NCBI GenBank assembly: GCA_951406725.2
Contig: OX597823.1
Coordinates: 74,958,001-75,022,000 of the forward strand
Direction: 5' to 3'
DNA length: 64,000 bases
Source: Octopus vulgaris
Lineage: Eukaryota
Part shown: positions 13,988-28,414 of the stretch, one piece after another
Layout: each line of letters starts with the position of its first letter
Position numbering within the stretch: position 1 is the stretch's first letter
Notes under the pieces: model-generated
Seen by the model: the letters and a program-made list of their open reading frames with translations, nothing else
The model's database searches: none
Told to the model about the DNA's origin: nothing
Program-made: the position numbers and the translations under genes

Positions 13988-15109
13988 AAAGACATTCATA
14001 CATTAAAATGTAAATTATATATAAATGCATATACATAATACGTATGGAATTAATTCAACAGAAAGACCTTCATATGATCATTTGATGACGAGGCATTTAA
14101 CACTGAATACTTCAACTGAATGCATGCATCGTCTTGGATGCTGGATCTTTGTTTCTGAGTGAAACCTTATACGTAAAGAATAGTTTCCGCTTCAGCAATG
14201 ATTTATATATCAGAGAATACTTGATGAAAATTAACGCTTGTTCATTTAATACAGGATCTTTTGTAAATGGGATTAAGAATAGTGTTCGAATTACAGTGCG
14301 ATTATTGAGACAATAAAAGCAATTCCTTCTGAAATTGAATTACGCGAGGATAATCAACGAAATAATATTTGTTGTTATTCATGAAATTCGATGTATTGTC
14401 TCGTACGTTTGAGGGGTGAATTTAGATTATATTCGCTGTATAAATATGTGTGTGTGGTATGTATGTCGGTAATGATACATGTATATACAGGTTGGGTTGT
14501 TCTGGCTAAATTTGACGATGATTTATGCCTCATTTGTTTCTCAGAGTGTGCTTGATGTATTGGTGAACAGACACTGGCATTGGAGATCATAAAAATTAAA
14601 GCTTTAGTTGAGAAAGCGTTAGCTTACATGGAAGGTTAGAATTCATTGGAATATTGGAAAAATAGCTAAGTTCAGCAAGTTTATTCGCGCCGGAGTCAAC
14701 GCCAGACACAAGAGCGTGACGAAGATAGAAAAGCTTCTGATCAAGTCGAGGCATCCTACTGAGCCGGGGATTATCTGGTTCTTGTCGGATGAAAGAAACT
14801 TCTACCAGAATTGGCAAGTCTCTGTACACGGCATTCAGCTCAGACGGTTATGCAAGAGACTGCATTGAAAACCTGGTTGGAAAGTTTTGCCACTGGAGGA
14901 TCATATGTGTGGCAGCAGAATTTAGGTTTTTGCCATACCTACGGATAGTGTCCAAAGTGATTGTTGAAGAATTTCCTCAGCTTCACCTTTGCGAATTTCT
15001 GAATTTCTAATTTCCCCGTCTTGTAATATATATATTACCACTAAGTAATACACACTCACATACATACATGCGTACATACATACATGCGTACATACATACA
15101 TGTGTACAT

Positions 15110-15189
<80 letters not shown>

Positions 15190-15193
<4 letters not shown>

Positions 15194-15305
15194 GACGGGC
15201 TTCTTTCAGTTTCCGTCTACGAAATTCACGTACAAGGCTTTGGTCGAACCGAGGCTATAGTAGAAAACACGTGCCCAAAAATACGCTCAGTGGGACTGAA
15301 GCGGA
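15190..15305 (-). mobile_element. SINE family A fragment
   Basis: Reverse complement of the 3040-3148 region (gacgggcttctttcagtttccgtctac...). Confidence 0.75.
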
Positions 15306-15396
15306 ATCGCCTCTCTCTCTCTCTCTCTTATGTATATTCATATATATATTATACATACGTACATATGTTATTATATGTATATATATATATGCATGC

Positions 15397-15439
<43 letters not shown>

Positions 15440-15440
<1 letters not shown>

Positions 15441-15660
15441 TTTAGCAATTAAGGACAACTTCTTAATAAGGAAAACTTAACAAGAAATTATTGGGTAGAT
15501 AGCGTGAAAGACCTCATAAGAGAAAATTTTCGAAAATTTCGAAAAAATTTCGAAAATAATTCTTTTCGAAATGTTTTCTCTTATGAGGTCTTTCACGCTA
15601 TCTACCCGATAATTTCTTGTTAAGTTTTCCTTATTAAGAAGTTGTCCTTAATTGCTAAAT
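15440..15660. repeat. Long inverted repeat (~95-bp arms) at the left end of a (TA)n-flanked element (~15439-15990)
   Basis: tttagcaattaaggacaac...cataagagaaaa vs ttttctcttatgagg...ttaattgctaaa, with (ttcgaaaa)n in the spacer. Confidence 0.9.
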
Positions 15661-15824
15661 TTTTATTCCGAAAAAACCTCTCCTTTCCCGAAATGCAATT
15701 CGTAAAAGTCTGCCATTTACCGGATGTAATATATGTAAACTCAACCATGTGCTTCGTTGATGTTGATCAGTTAGTTAGCTGCTCGGCTTAGACGAGGTAG
15801 GGTCGTTTATATATTATACGTCCA

Positions 15825-15871
15825 GGCTTGCTGATGAATACAGAGGTATGAAATCACAGGTGATACAAGTC
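15825..15871 (+). ncRNA. Canonical type I hammerhead ribozyme
   Basis: ggcttg-CTGATGA-atac agag gtat-GAAA-tcac ag gtga-TA-caagtc: all three stems and full core; AUA site, cleavage after 15865. Confidence 0.85.
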
Positions 15872-16013
15872 CATATTTTTAAATGTCTTACTTTGAAAAA
15901 TTGCATTCGGTGGGATTAGTAAAATTTTTGGTAGAAATGACTAATTTTGTCCCTCTTAGCGTGTGGCATGTATGTATAATAATGCCCTCTATATATAAAT
16001 ATATATATATACA

Positions 16014-16107
<94 letters not shown>

Positions 16108-16961
16108 TATGTGTTCGAAGCGACCTCTCTTCGAACCACATTTATGCACAGAGTCTGTCCATAAAGGTGCATAGCTAAAAATATCTGGCTGCAAATGCAA
16201 CTTCATATACATTATGCACCATGTTTCGATCGTATAAACGATTTATGCTGTATAAATAACTATCATAGTAAAGATTAAAAGGAGAAATATGGAGGTGTTC
16301 CAGTCTCCGTATTCTTTGTAATTGTTTTGCATATACACTCGCATCTTCGTTTTTGAAAGTAAGGTCTCAGTTGGTTTAGCTCTTCCCATTTCCTCGTCTT
16401 CAGCACTGAGTTAATTTAAATTGTGCATTACTACGCGTTTAGTTGTTAGTATAAAACTCTTCTCTAGAGCAGACTGAACTATCTTGGATTGCGGTGTGAG
16501 TAAAATGTATGGAAGATTCTCCTACGCTAAATCTCCTTGACGGGGGTGCACTTGTGAACCACATTGTTTATAATGCAAGAATAAAATAAGATCAGATTCA
16601 TCTATTTGTAACGCATCTTTAACTACTTCCAATAACTGTCGAAGATTCCAAAATTATTTATAAAGACACACTACACATTTTAAGAAGCACCGAATGCTTA
16701 ACCTCATATACAATCGAAATGATATTAAATCACATATAGAGATGGAAATTGCTAAGATTTTACTGAAATTGTGCTGCCGCACACGCCTACAGGCTGGGAG
16801 TGAGAGATGAAAACATAAGCATGCATATACCACATTAATGAATACATGCATACGGATTGATGTATGCAGGGTCACGTATACGTGTAAAAGTACATTTCGA
16901 AAACCATACATATGTGGCTGTGGGGCGGGGTGTGTTTGTAGCATTAAATATTTGCACAGAT

Positions 16962-17025
<64 letters not shown>

Positions 17026-17254
17026 AAGCATATAAGCGTGCTATTAATAATCTTAAGTAAGTTATCCAACGGCACCCTGTAGCGAATATTTGGATATTTT
17101 CTTCAAAAGATCCGTTAAGGTAGAGAGGTGTGACTTATATCCTGAAGTGATATTACAAATATTAACTTGTGCCAACAATGATTTCTATATATCGTTGCGC
17201 ATGTATCAGAAAAATTTGATCCTTATACCTAGTTAATTTATCCACCTTCGAAAG

Positions 17255-17440
17255 CGGAAAGCTGGCAGAATTGTTGGCGCGCTTGACAAAAGGCTTCACT
17301 CCCGTCACTGTGTTCTGATTTTAAATTCAATTTGCTTTTCATTTTTCGGGGTCGATAAAATAAGCCCCACTAGAGTTGTGTGAACCAGGTAATAGATTAG
17401 CCCACTCCTCCGAACTTGCTCGTCTTCTACCAAAAGTTGA
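17255..17440 (+). mobile_element. SINE family B (Meta-SINE-like), degenerate
   Basis: gctggcagaat...ttttcatttttcggggtcgataaaataag, similar to 45398-45630. Confidence 0.65.
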
Positions 17441-17674
17441 ACGCAAATTATCCACCTATCTCAAAAGAAACAGGCTTCCCCACTTATTTTAAGTGTCATT
17501 TAATCTCACCTATTTCTTCTTCCGAAACGTGAGAATGTTCTGAACTTGCAAAACTTCGAATAATATGGATATGGGTCAAACTGCTACTACACATTTATTT
17601 TTCCACCTATTTACTACTTGAAATGAGCCAGATCCTCCCTTTGAGTGTACACTTATCTATCAATCACTCTATGA

Positions 17675-17795
<121 letters not shown>

Positions 17796-17982
17796 TCTAT
17801 GAATCTATCTATCTATCTATCTACCTATCTATCTGTCTATCTATGTCGTATATACTTATACTTATCTGCACATGCACACACTCGCATATATATCGTTACA
17901 CGCCCAACACACATATATATGGATGTATATCAATCTTTATTTACACTCATTTGCACACCCACACATACCCATATGTCTGTAA

Positions 17983-18024
<42 letters not shown>

Positions 18025-19533
18025 GTATGAATGTACGCATGTCTACATCTATCTATATATGCACACGTACATTTACTTTGATATGTCCCTGTCACGTTGG
18101 TGTAATTGAAGGGTGCTCCTTCAAATTAAGTGTCATTTTATTCTCGAAATCCTTAACGCGATCACGAACATGCACATGGAAATGCATTTTCCCCACCACA
18201 CGCAACTCCCTCCACAGACGCACACAGACATACACACACTTGCACATCAACACGCACATATATGACCTTCCGCCGGCGTATGTTTATTCCACAGCTTAAA
18301 TGTATTAACACGTAAATAATAGAGGCAGCTGTATCATTAATTCGATTAAATTGTAGAGACTGAGTAATTGTTATTATGAATATTCTTTTGATGTTCGTCA
18401 CGTCTGGGCGAAGGAAAGTAAAACATGATTTACCATATTCCTATCACATTTCCATTTCACTCACACAATGACACAGCTTCTTTTTCTGGTTTCATAATTT
18501 TCTTTATATTATCTAAATTGTTGTTAGATGTCCAACTACATCGTTTCTGTCGTTTTACTTGTCGCTAATTTTGTTTTAATATTATTTTGTATTTTCAATA
18601 AGAGATCAATGGATACATATATGCGTAGATACACCTATTATGTATAGAAATATGCAACACATCTTTCTACACCTATTATGTATAGAAATATGCAACACAT
18701 CTTTCTTGTAACAAGAGAAGTGATGCAGCGCACCTACGCTGTTCATCACCAAATTAAGTAACAGAAACCATTGCAATAGAAAGGGGGAAAAGGATCTACA
18801 TAGAAACATCGACACGAAATAACAAAAATTTAAAATTAAAAACTTATAAATATAAAAATGACCACACCTAGAATTATATATATAGGACTTACTCAATCAG
18901 ATAAACTAAATATTACTAACTAACGAATAAACTTATCAACACCCGGATTAACTTGCTCAGTCTCCTAATGGATATCAATGCATTTTCCACACCCGTACAC
19001 CATGATCTTTAACTTTTTCGGTATCAAATGGCCTTCGAAATAAAAATCTAACGCCATCTGGGTAGATATAAACCTATTAGTTTGCACCATGATCATAATT
19101 ATATACTTAACTACATATAACCCGATTTTATTGTTACACAAAATTCAATCACACCAATTTCAAAATCTATAATCACTTCAGTCAAACAAAATTAAATAAG
19201 TATAAAGCGATATCAGGAAATCCCTCTCCTCCCCAAAAGAAACAATGAAGAACAAGCACAAGAGATAAACAACAACGCAAGGATGTGATACATGCAAAGT
19301 ATTAGCAGACGCTCAGGAAAAGAAAGAAAGGAAGCTTTACGTTTTGAGCAAAGCTCTCCGACAAGCAGGAGACGGAAGAAAAAAATCGCCAACAATCCAC
19401 ATGTGGTTACATTACACACGCGCCTACATGTAGTATATCTTTTATGTCTTACCACTTCCAGTCATTAGACTACGGCCATGCTGGGGCACTGCCCTGAAGG
19501 ATGTCCAGTGGAATATATATATATATATACTTA

Positions 19534-20869
19534 TACACTGCGTTACAAATAATTAGGCATATCAACCTTCTGTCAATAAATAAATGTGTATTAGTTCAAA
19601 ACCACTTGTTTTCCTGCTGACTATTGGCAATAACTATATGCACATATTCTGTCAAAATAAATCGAATCTGCCCAAAGGAAAACAAATGCCCATTATCCGG
19701 TAGCAGCAACATTTTTGCTGTCCCAAATTTTAGGCAGATACCCAACCTAAGTGTCATTATGGGACAGAAACGCGATGTTAACTCGAATAAGATATCTACC
19801 ATCGTGTCAGAACTGGGAAAATGAAATGCTATCATAGAAATATAAAAAATACTGGGAAAAGATAATTTAACAGCGAGGAAATTTGTGCAGTCTCCTATTT
19901 CTTTTAGGTCAAGGGTTGCTTCGAATGGTACTTTGTCACGTGTAAAGAGGGATGTTGTGCGGAACCAATGTCTGACAAGTACAGAAATCTTCAAACATTG
20001 TAGCAGGGAAAACGAATCGAAATTTCCCAGGCATCGCCTCTTGAAGCAGGTAGCCAGGAGTGTTAAACCTGTTACGAGCCCCCCCCCCACTGGAGCCTGT
20101 TCATAAGCAAAAGTGAGAAAAATTTTTCAACAGTTCTGTTCACTGACGTATGCCGTGCTACCCTTGGTGGACCAGATTGCAGGAGTAAATTTTGGACATC
20201 CATCACCGGGACCCGTCCTCATCGTTTGAGACGCCAACAGTCGGAAGAAAGCGTCATGCTTTGGGCTGGCATCATTGATGGTCAGGCCATGGAAAGTCCC
20301 AGCTGGCATTACGATGATATCGGAATCATATGTTCTCTTCTTAAAAAGCAATTTCCAACCTTTGTTCAAAACGTAAAATCTTTCAATCAAGAGAATTCTG
20401 GTCTTCATGCAATATAATGCTGCCCCGCGTCAAGGAATAGCTGCAGCAAATAGACTTTTCTGGAAGTCGTTTGATAGAGTAGTCACCTTGTTCCTCTGAC
20501 TTAAACCCGATTGTGGAATGTTCTGAAGACGTGCGTTTACCAAGTTGGACAGAAATTTGCAAGTAAAGTTACCTTCTGTGATGCTATTGTAGACGCTGTC
20601 CACAGCATGAGCCAAGAAGGTAACGTCACTGAAAAATTCAATGGAACAGTACGTTAGGAATGTTATTGCCTGATGAGCATCATGCTTCAAACATTAGGAG
20701 TTGTATGACACCATAACCTGATGAGCATTTTCATCCGAACGTATTATTATGTTTACCATGAAGTCTTTTATGAAAATTTTGTTGCTAAACTTTACTGGTG
20801 AATTAAATAAATGTTTATTTTGACACTACCATCATTTCATTAGGCTTGCCTAATAATTTGTGACAGTGA
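19534..20869 (+). mobile_element. Tc1-family transposon, decayed
   Basis: TIRs tacactg..acaaataattaggca / tgcctaataatttgtgacagtg; remnants VLFTD, RRQQ..SVMLWAGII, FMQYNAAP. Confidence 0.8.
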
Positions 20870-21061
20870 AAATATTGCCCAATGGCAAAAATGGGTGCCA
20901 TTTGTTGTTGTTTGCGTAAACCCGATTTATTTTAACAGGATGTGCTCAGATATGTATTGCCAACAGTCAATGAAAAAACAACTGGTATTGAACGAATATA
21001 CATTTCTTTATGGAGAGAAGGTTGATTTGCCAAATAATATGCGACGCAGGTTGTGTGAGTG

Positions 21062-21093
<32 letters not shown>

Positions 21094-22252
21094 TATATGC
21101 ACCCACACACCCAGACCACTACACACGCACACAGATTCATAGATCAGACGGAAAGCGTCTCTCCATCCGCTTTATTTGAAATAACAGCCTAGTACAACTA
21201 AAGTCTTATTCCCGTATCATCAAAAAGGTCATCGCATTATAGTTCGTAGTATTAACAAATAGAGCTGACGATCTGATCTAGCAAACTAGCAATGAGATTA
21301 AAATGCACCCTAAGCATTATCGCCACCGTCATCATCATCGTCATCAACTTTTTGTTATAGTTTTCACACATGGACGTGCTGGTAACTTATACATGAACAT
21401 GAAACGCATATGCAGGCGGAGCGCGTATGACAGAGAAATTAAGTGGACATCCAGATCGATGACTGATGACCATAATTTTAATATTAGCATTAACCATTTA
21501 TCAGTATAAGCATGGATCACCTATCAGTAATTTAATTCATCTCACTTGAAATGACTTGTACACAATTTTTTCTTCGATCGATAGCTGTGACAAAATGCCC
21601 TTACACCATCTATCAATACTTTGAGAACTTTTATCATTATCCAATGCCTTTTAAATTATACCATTAACAAGAAAATAAAGGGGTTTTGAAATGCAAGTAA
21701 AAGAATTCGATGGGTGCTTCGGGTATTAATTCTTAACAACAGTAAATCCATTAGCAATTGCGTAGAATTTTATTCTTCTCTGAAGTTATATTTTTCAATA
21801 CTGATAGAAGAAGTGGGTGGTTTGTTGCTTTCCGAGAAGCTTTTAACAATTTTATTTGAATACAAACTAGAAGGGAAAATAATTCTGACGCTATACTGTT
21901 GGGAATGTGATGTTCGTGTCATTAAAATTTGCTTGGTATTAAATGTTGTCAGGTAATTCTTTCGTTTGTCATGAACATCGCAATCAATTTTGCAGGTGGA
22001 TCACGTTCGACTGGTAATTCCTTCAGAGAAATTATAATTTTAACAAAGTACATAAACCCATGCAGATACACACGAATATGCGTATATAAATAGTTGCTTC
22101 TGGACAAGCACAATGCATCCACTAACACATAAAACACACATGTACATTGGCAGGTAAGCATATACGTAGCGGTAAATGCATGTTACATGTCTTCGAACAA
22201 CCGCAAACTAACAAATACACATACACACACACATATATATATATTTATGTAT

Positions 22253-22313
<61 letters not shown>

Positions 22314-23090
22314 TCAACTTTGTGTCTGCGTGTGTATATGTGTGTGTATCTGTGTGTCTGTGTGTTTAACTTCCCGGCACATCTCCTCCTGGCCCAAGGT
22401 GAGCACTGTTTGGTGAGGTTGATGAACCGATCGCGTTCTATTTAGAGAGTTTGGTGCGCTCAAATCTCCTCCTGGCCAACAAATCGTAGAACCACCAAAA
22501 ATGAGTCACTTAAAGTTTAGGCGAATGAAAATTGAACTGCGCTATTTCTGTTCCGAAATTCATCTAGCAAGTGCAAAAATCGATAATGTGTTTGTTTAGG
22601 CCTTATCCCATGCATTGAATAGTGAACTTTACCAAGTTAGCTGTTTGATGTGAACTGTGTTCACCACGCGTGCAAACATGGTAAATTGCATGAAAAATAA
22701 AAAATCAAGATATAAAAACGAATCGCCGAAAACATTGTAGAAATTCGGCAAAGAAATGAATTTTCGGGATGTAGCCCGGAGGGTTGTTTCGTATTAATCG
22801 TTCGGACTTTGTGAACGCATACCAATTGTTTTAATAACATTTTTAACGCTTTGAATTAAATGTGACCATTTTGCGTCGAGTCTGCAGTTTGAATCACTTT
22901 AACCAAATTTTAGCAGGCCGGATTTTGATCATCACGATACATCGCCAGCGACTCCCTGAAACTCTCCACTGAAATCCCCGTTGAGAAATCTATATATATA
23001 TAAAACTCAACTTGTGTGTATCTGTGTGTTTAACTGCTGAATCTACCAAGTTTCATTACTAAGGATGGAAAGTAGTGTGTAGCAAATCTT

Positions 23091-23474
23091 TCTATATAAA
23101 GCTGATGTTGTCTGTGTGTGGCAGGTTTGGTAGCCTTCAACTAATACTATCTCCTTCGAGACCCTGCAGCGCAATTTGACCAAATATGAGAGTATGATAG
23201 AAGAATGCTTGCTATTCATTCTGTAGAAGATAAAATTCAAATCGGACCATGTTAACACCAAACATTATTTATATCAAAAAGGTGTTTCTTTTCTATGAAA
23301 AATCATATTTTTTACGATTTGTCACTACTGTGTTACCATTTTCCAGTGTATTTCAACTGAAAAAATGTTCACTTTAAGAGAATAACAAGTTGCATAATGC
23401 CAAATTTTTACTTTTCAAAAATTCCAATTCTAAAGGGTCGAAACAAAGCAAAGCAACACCGGGTGATACTTCTA

Positions 23475-23475
<1 letters not shown>
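23091..23475 (+). mobile_element. Non-autonomous Helitron-like element
   Basis: Starts TCTATATAAA, ends ...gcaacaccgggtgatactt-CTAG|T with a subterminal GC-rich hairpin and no TIR. Confidence 0.6.
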
Positions 23476-23555
<80 letters not shown>

Positions 23556-23821
23556 GATACATAGATAGGTAGATATCAAAACAGAAAGAGAGACAGACAG
23601 ATAGAGAGAAAGAGACAGGGACAAAGACAGAAGGATCCCATTTTAAGTGGGTTGTGTGTGAAATGTGGAATTCGTCCTTCTATATTTCCACCTGGTCAAG
23701 CTTCTACAGCTATTTGCAAAATTGTTTCTTACTTGCCTTAAACCACATCACTGATTCGGGTTAGGTACATGATCTACAATTTGCAGTACCATGTTTGAAT
23801 GAATAGCTATATAGGAAATAT

Positions 23822-24030
23822 TAGTTTCAAATTTTAGCCCAAGGCCAGAAATTTTAGAGATGTGATTAGCTAATTACACCCCCCAGTGCACAACTGGCAC
23901 TTCTTTTATTGATCTCAACCTGATGAAAGGCAAAGTCTACCCCGGCAGTATTTGAACTCAGAGCGTAAAGACGGCCAAAAAGCTACTAAGCAATTCGCCC
24001 GTCGTGATAACGATCCTGCCAGCTTACCGC
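23822..24030 (-). mobile_element. SINE family B, degenerate
   Basis: Reverse complement of family B (gatgaaaggcaaagtc...tttgaactcagagcgta...ctgccagct). Confidence 0.75.
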
Positions 24031-24304
24031 GTTGCAGCATTGGAAATATTAAAAACGCTCAAGAGTTCGATAGGAATTGTGGAAACTACCTGTGGTATAT
24101 ACTTGTAAATGAGGCACAGTACCTAAAATGTGATATCAACGAAAGTAGCTGTTGCCTTGTATAGTAGCGTATCGTACACTAATACAGCATATTACGCTAA
24201 ATGTGATAGATTGCTTAAAACGTAAGCAAAACAAAATAACTAAACCAAAATTAAATTAATTTAAAACATCAAAACGTTTAAACTTGATAGATAGCAGTTA
24301 ACTC

Positions 24305-24860
24305 AAACTAGCTGCCTTCAGCTTCCACCACTGCCTCAAAACGGCTCCGGAAACGGCTATATAAATTCTACACTGTTTCAATGATTACATCTTGCAATAC
24401 CAACTTAATCTTGGTCACCAGCGTGGCATTCCCGTAGTAGGCAGAATGGTTGGCGCCTTTCGCAACCGCAATAGAGCCGTAGTAATCCATTGGATTACAA
24501 CCGAAGAAAACAGAAGGCCAGAAATCGAAACTCGTGTAGTCGAAGAAATATTCTAACAGCCGCTTCTGACACTTCTCAGACGTATGGCAAGAAGTCTACA
24601 CTTTACTGCCACACGTATGGCGTTCAGGCAGCAACGATCTCGGGCCAGTGTTTGACTAGACCCCCAAAAGCTTCACATAGGCATCTGAACTGAGCTAGGT
24701 TCAACGTTATGGGGCGGAATGACATCACCCTGACGGGAGACACACCTAGGGTCCATCCTTCCTCCTGACCATGGTTTCTTGGTCTCTGTTGTAGGTATTG
24801 CACCCTTTACCGTATTCACAAAGCATTGAACACCAGTTGTGATGTCAGCAGTTGATACTC
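24305..24860 (-). mobile_element. Tc1/mariner superfamily transposase C-terminal remnant (maT/DD37D-like)
   Basis: Minus strand reads ...CNPMDYY... and RFRSRFEAVVEAEG. Confidence 0.55.
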
Positions 24861-24913
24861 AGAGTGAATTAGCACGATAAAGGTAACTCTCTTTTCAATA
24901 TCTAAATGGTTTA

Positions 24914-25565
24914 AGGTGGTGAGCTGGCAGAATCGTTAACACGCCGGAAGAAACGCTTAGCGGTATTTCGTCTGCCGCTACGTTCTGAGTTAAAATTCCT
25001 CCGAGGTCCACTTTGCCTTTCACCCTTTCGCGGTCGATTAAATAAGTACCAGTTACGCACTGGGGTCGATATAATCGACTTAATCCGTTCGTCTATCCTT
25101 GTTTGTCCTCTGTGTTTAGACCCTTGTTGGTAGTAAAGAAATAGGTATTTCGTCTGCTGCTACGTTCTGAGTTCAAATTCCGCTTCGGTCGGATTTGCGT
25201 TTCATCCTTTGGGTAGGGGGTCGATTAAATATGTACCAGTTCTGCACTTGGGTCGATATAATCGACTTAATCCTTTTGTCTGTCCTTGTTTGTCCCCCCT
25301 ATGTTTAGCTCCCTGTGGGCAATAAAGACATAAACATTTAAATGGTCTAAGGCAGCGTGCCGGCAGAAACCTTCGCACGACGGGCGAAATGCTTAATGGT
25401 ATTTCGTCTGTTTTTACACTCTGGGTTCAAATTCCGCAGGTGTCGACTTTACTTTCCATCTTTCTGGATCGATAAATTAAGTACCATTTGCGTACTAGGG
25501 TCGATCTAATCGACTGGTCCCCTCCCCCAAAATGTCGGGCCTTGTGCCTAGAGTAAATAAGAATA
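24914..25565 (+). mobile_element. Cluster of SINE family B (Meta-SINE-like) copies: full, internal repeat, and second full copy
   Basis: gagctggcagaatcgtta...gagttcaaattcc...ttcatcc..ggggtcgataaattaagtaccag repeated three times (24914, ~25143, ~25350). Confidence 0.85.
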
Positions 25566-26991
25566 TTTAAATGGCTTCCAATCTCCATATAACCTACTTT
25601 TTTTTTAACTACTACATTCGTCATTCTGCTCTCAAATGCCATCGATTCAAAAATACATTTTACCGTTCTTCAAACGAGCAGATCAAAAAGTATCGGCTAA
25701 TTTGGCCCGGACGCCCAGTGAATTAAATGTAATCTTGGTCTCAGCGAGATTTAGACTCACGACATAAAGAACCAAAAGAGATGCTCCAAAGCTATGAGTT
25801 CGATATTCAAACGGATCTGCACAGAAATCGCAATTAACTGTCTATATTAATTATGTTCAATGAGTTCATGAGTAAACCTACTTGGAGAATGGCTACTAAT
25901 GTTTATGTTAACAACACTACTTAAATTGTGGATAAATTTGAAAGATGCTTTGCCATTTGTGATATATAAGGAATTACAACTTTAAACGGTGTTGCAGCAA
26001 ACTCCGCTTCCGATATATATCAAAGTAACTCTACATAGCCGAAAGGAAATATAATAGAACCTCTCTTAGTATTTAACTGTTATATGTACAAATATTGCTC
26101 CATCTGAACATCTAACTTCTTATAGCATGAACAATATCATTCCTATCAAAACTGTTAGCAAAATCAAAAGCAACTGGGTAGAAACGAATAACGATGATAA
26201 TATAAACTTTAATGATGAACATAATAATGAACATTGATGGAAGTATTTACAACAAAAATACATTTCAGCAAAATATAATGGATATATACTTTTCATTCAT
26301 CGATTCATTCATGCTTTTCCATTTGTACAATTCACTTTTAATAAAGACAATAGTTTTGAAGTAAATTGAATTATCTATTGGAAAATTGAATTCTCTCAAG
26401 TGTAAACTAAATCTCATTTCGAACTGTTATGAGAAAAAAAAAATACCATTAATAACAACATAGATATCACGGTCAGTTTGAAGCTGAAACAGAATATAAA
26501 ACACACAATAGATGGAAACAAGGCGTGTTTAGATGTAGATAAATTGATGCATATAGCGCATGCAATCATACAATCATATACGTAAACATTATGGTCTACT
26601 CATGGCGATGTATCCTCCTTGCTCATTAACATGATAATTTGGTTTACAGTGTGGTTCAGACACCTTTCAAGAATTGAGATAACATTTTGCTAGATAACTA
26701 GATTTTACGTAATTATGGAATTGCACTTGTCTTGAAAGTACTTTGACTTTAGAACGTGTGTTTTTATCTTAAGCTGATTCAACGTGGAAGCACATATGCT
26801 ATGAAGAACAATAAAAAATCTCTTCGATTCTGTTAATTGTATCGTAACCGGTGTCAAATTATTCTATATGCTACATGGTCACGGCCAGAGTTTTACAATA
26901 GACAAGGTTGGCGGCCAACAAGAGCAAAGGGGTCTTGAATGTAATTTTCTTCTTTCAAATATATTTACATACACACAAACACACACACACA

Positions 26992-27031
<40 letters not shown>

Positions 27032-28238
27032 TACACAAACACACACACACACACAAACACACACACATTTAGACGACAGTCATTTTGGTTGTGATGAACT
27101 CTATTCATTCTGGATCATTCCATTTTGGTTTTGATTGACATTCATAGATGCAGTAAGTACTCTACATACTCTGTCAGGGATGGCGGTGGTGGTGGGGCAC
27201 TTATTGCACGATACAATTTAGCAAAATCAAAAAGTGAATCAATTAGTCCATTAAGCATTCCATGAGCACCTCAGAGTGACAAAAAGATGAAGGGATTATA
27301 CAAACTTTACAAGTCAGGGTGTGGCGTCATAGTATCAACACCATTAGTTATTGTATTAGTAGTGGTAGCAGCAGCAACAGCAGCAGTAGTCATTGTGGTT
27401 GTCGTCGTCGTCCCGTCGTCGTGGCAGTAGTTGTACTAGCAACAGCAGAGATAGTAATAATTGTAGTGGCACGGGCTGCAGGCGCAGCTGCAGCAGCCGT
27501 TCAAGTGTTTGGACCTGGAGATATCCATATTCAAGGTCTGGGGTTTCCTGCCCATAAGCCCTAGACCATCACCTAACCACCCTTACCTGTCTTGTTACTT
27601 AACAACAACAACAGTAGCAGCAGTAGTAGTATTAGTAGTAATACTGGGTGGGTAGTAGTAGTTGTAGTAGTAGTAGCCAGTAAGAGAAACTTCTCTTATC
27701 TGTTCCCAGCTTCATGAATTGGCTCATAAGTTCCATGGGATTTTAAGTGCCAGAGTTCATTTTATACAACGATCTATATATATGGTGACTCCTGATTTTT
27801 TGAAAAAGACATTCAAGAAATCGATACACTGAAAAAGAATTCTTTTTCTTTTAAAGTACGAATAACGCCATAAAATGAATGGCAAACGATCACATGATGC
27901 GTAGGATCATTACCCTACAATACTGGTTTCAAATTTTGACACAAGGCTAGCAATTTTGGGTAAGCGTGTAAAGTTTGTGTAAAAGTGTTCAACATATCGG
28001 CGGCTCGCTCGATTGATCCTAAAATTTTGTTCAACTGAGATTTCCTTTGTATATCTAATGGAGATTTGCTATCTTAGCGGAGGCATATGCATCAGCTATT
28101 AGATACGCGAGCTATTTGATAAGAAAGTTTGACAACAGCGTCATCGATATCGAAGAAAGAACCGCATGATACACACGCGCGCAATATGCACGTTGGGGCA
28201 CGCAAGAATACAAATGCTGTACAGAAGCACTCAGACCC

Positions 28239-28281
<43 letters not shown>

Positions 28282-28284
28282 ACC

Positions 28285-28317
<33 letters not shown>

Positions 28318-28357
28318 GACATATATATATATATACATATATATATACACACAAACA

Positions 28358-28414
<57 letters not shown>

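Noticed and set aside
14140-14200. Minus-strand CTGAAGC...GAAA...TC arrangement
   Set aside because: Non-canonical core, bulged stem II and weak stems I and III
19334-19366. Minus-strand ttgtcgga-gagc ttt gctc-aaaa-cgta, resembling a minimal HHR
   Set aside because: Both core boxes are mutated; at most a fossil
20668-20745. Two CTGATGAgcat motifs
   Set aside because: No properly placed GAAA, stem III or stem I; they lie inside the Tc1 3' region
27319-27680. Ser/Val/Ala-rich ORF
   Set aside because: Degenerate (TAG)n/(CAG)n/(GTC)n trinucleotide repeats
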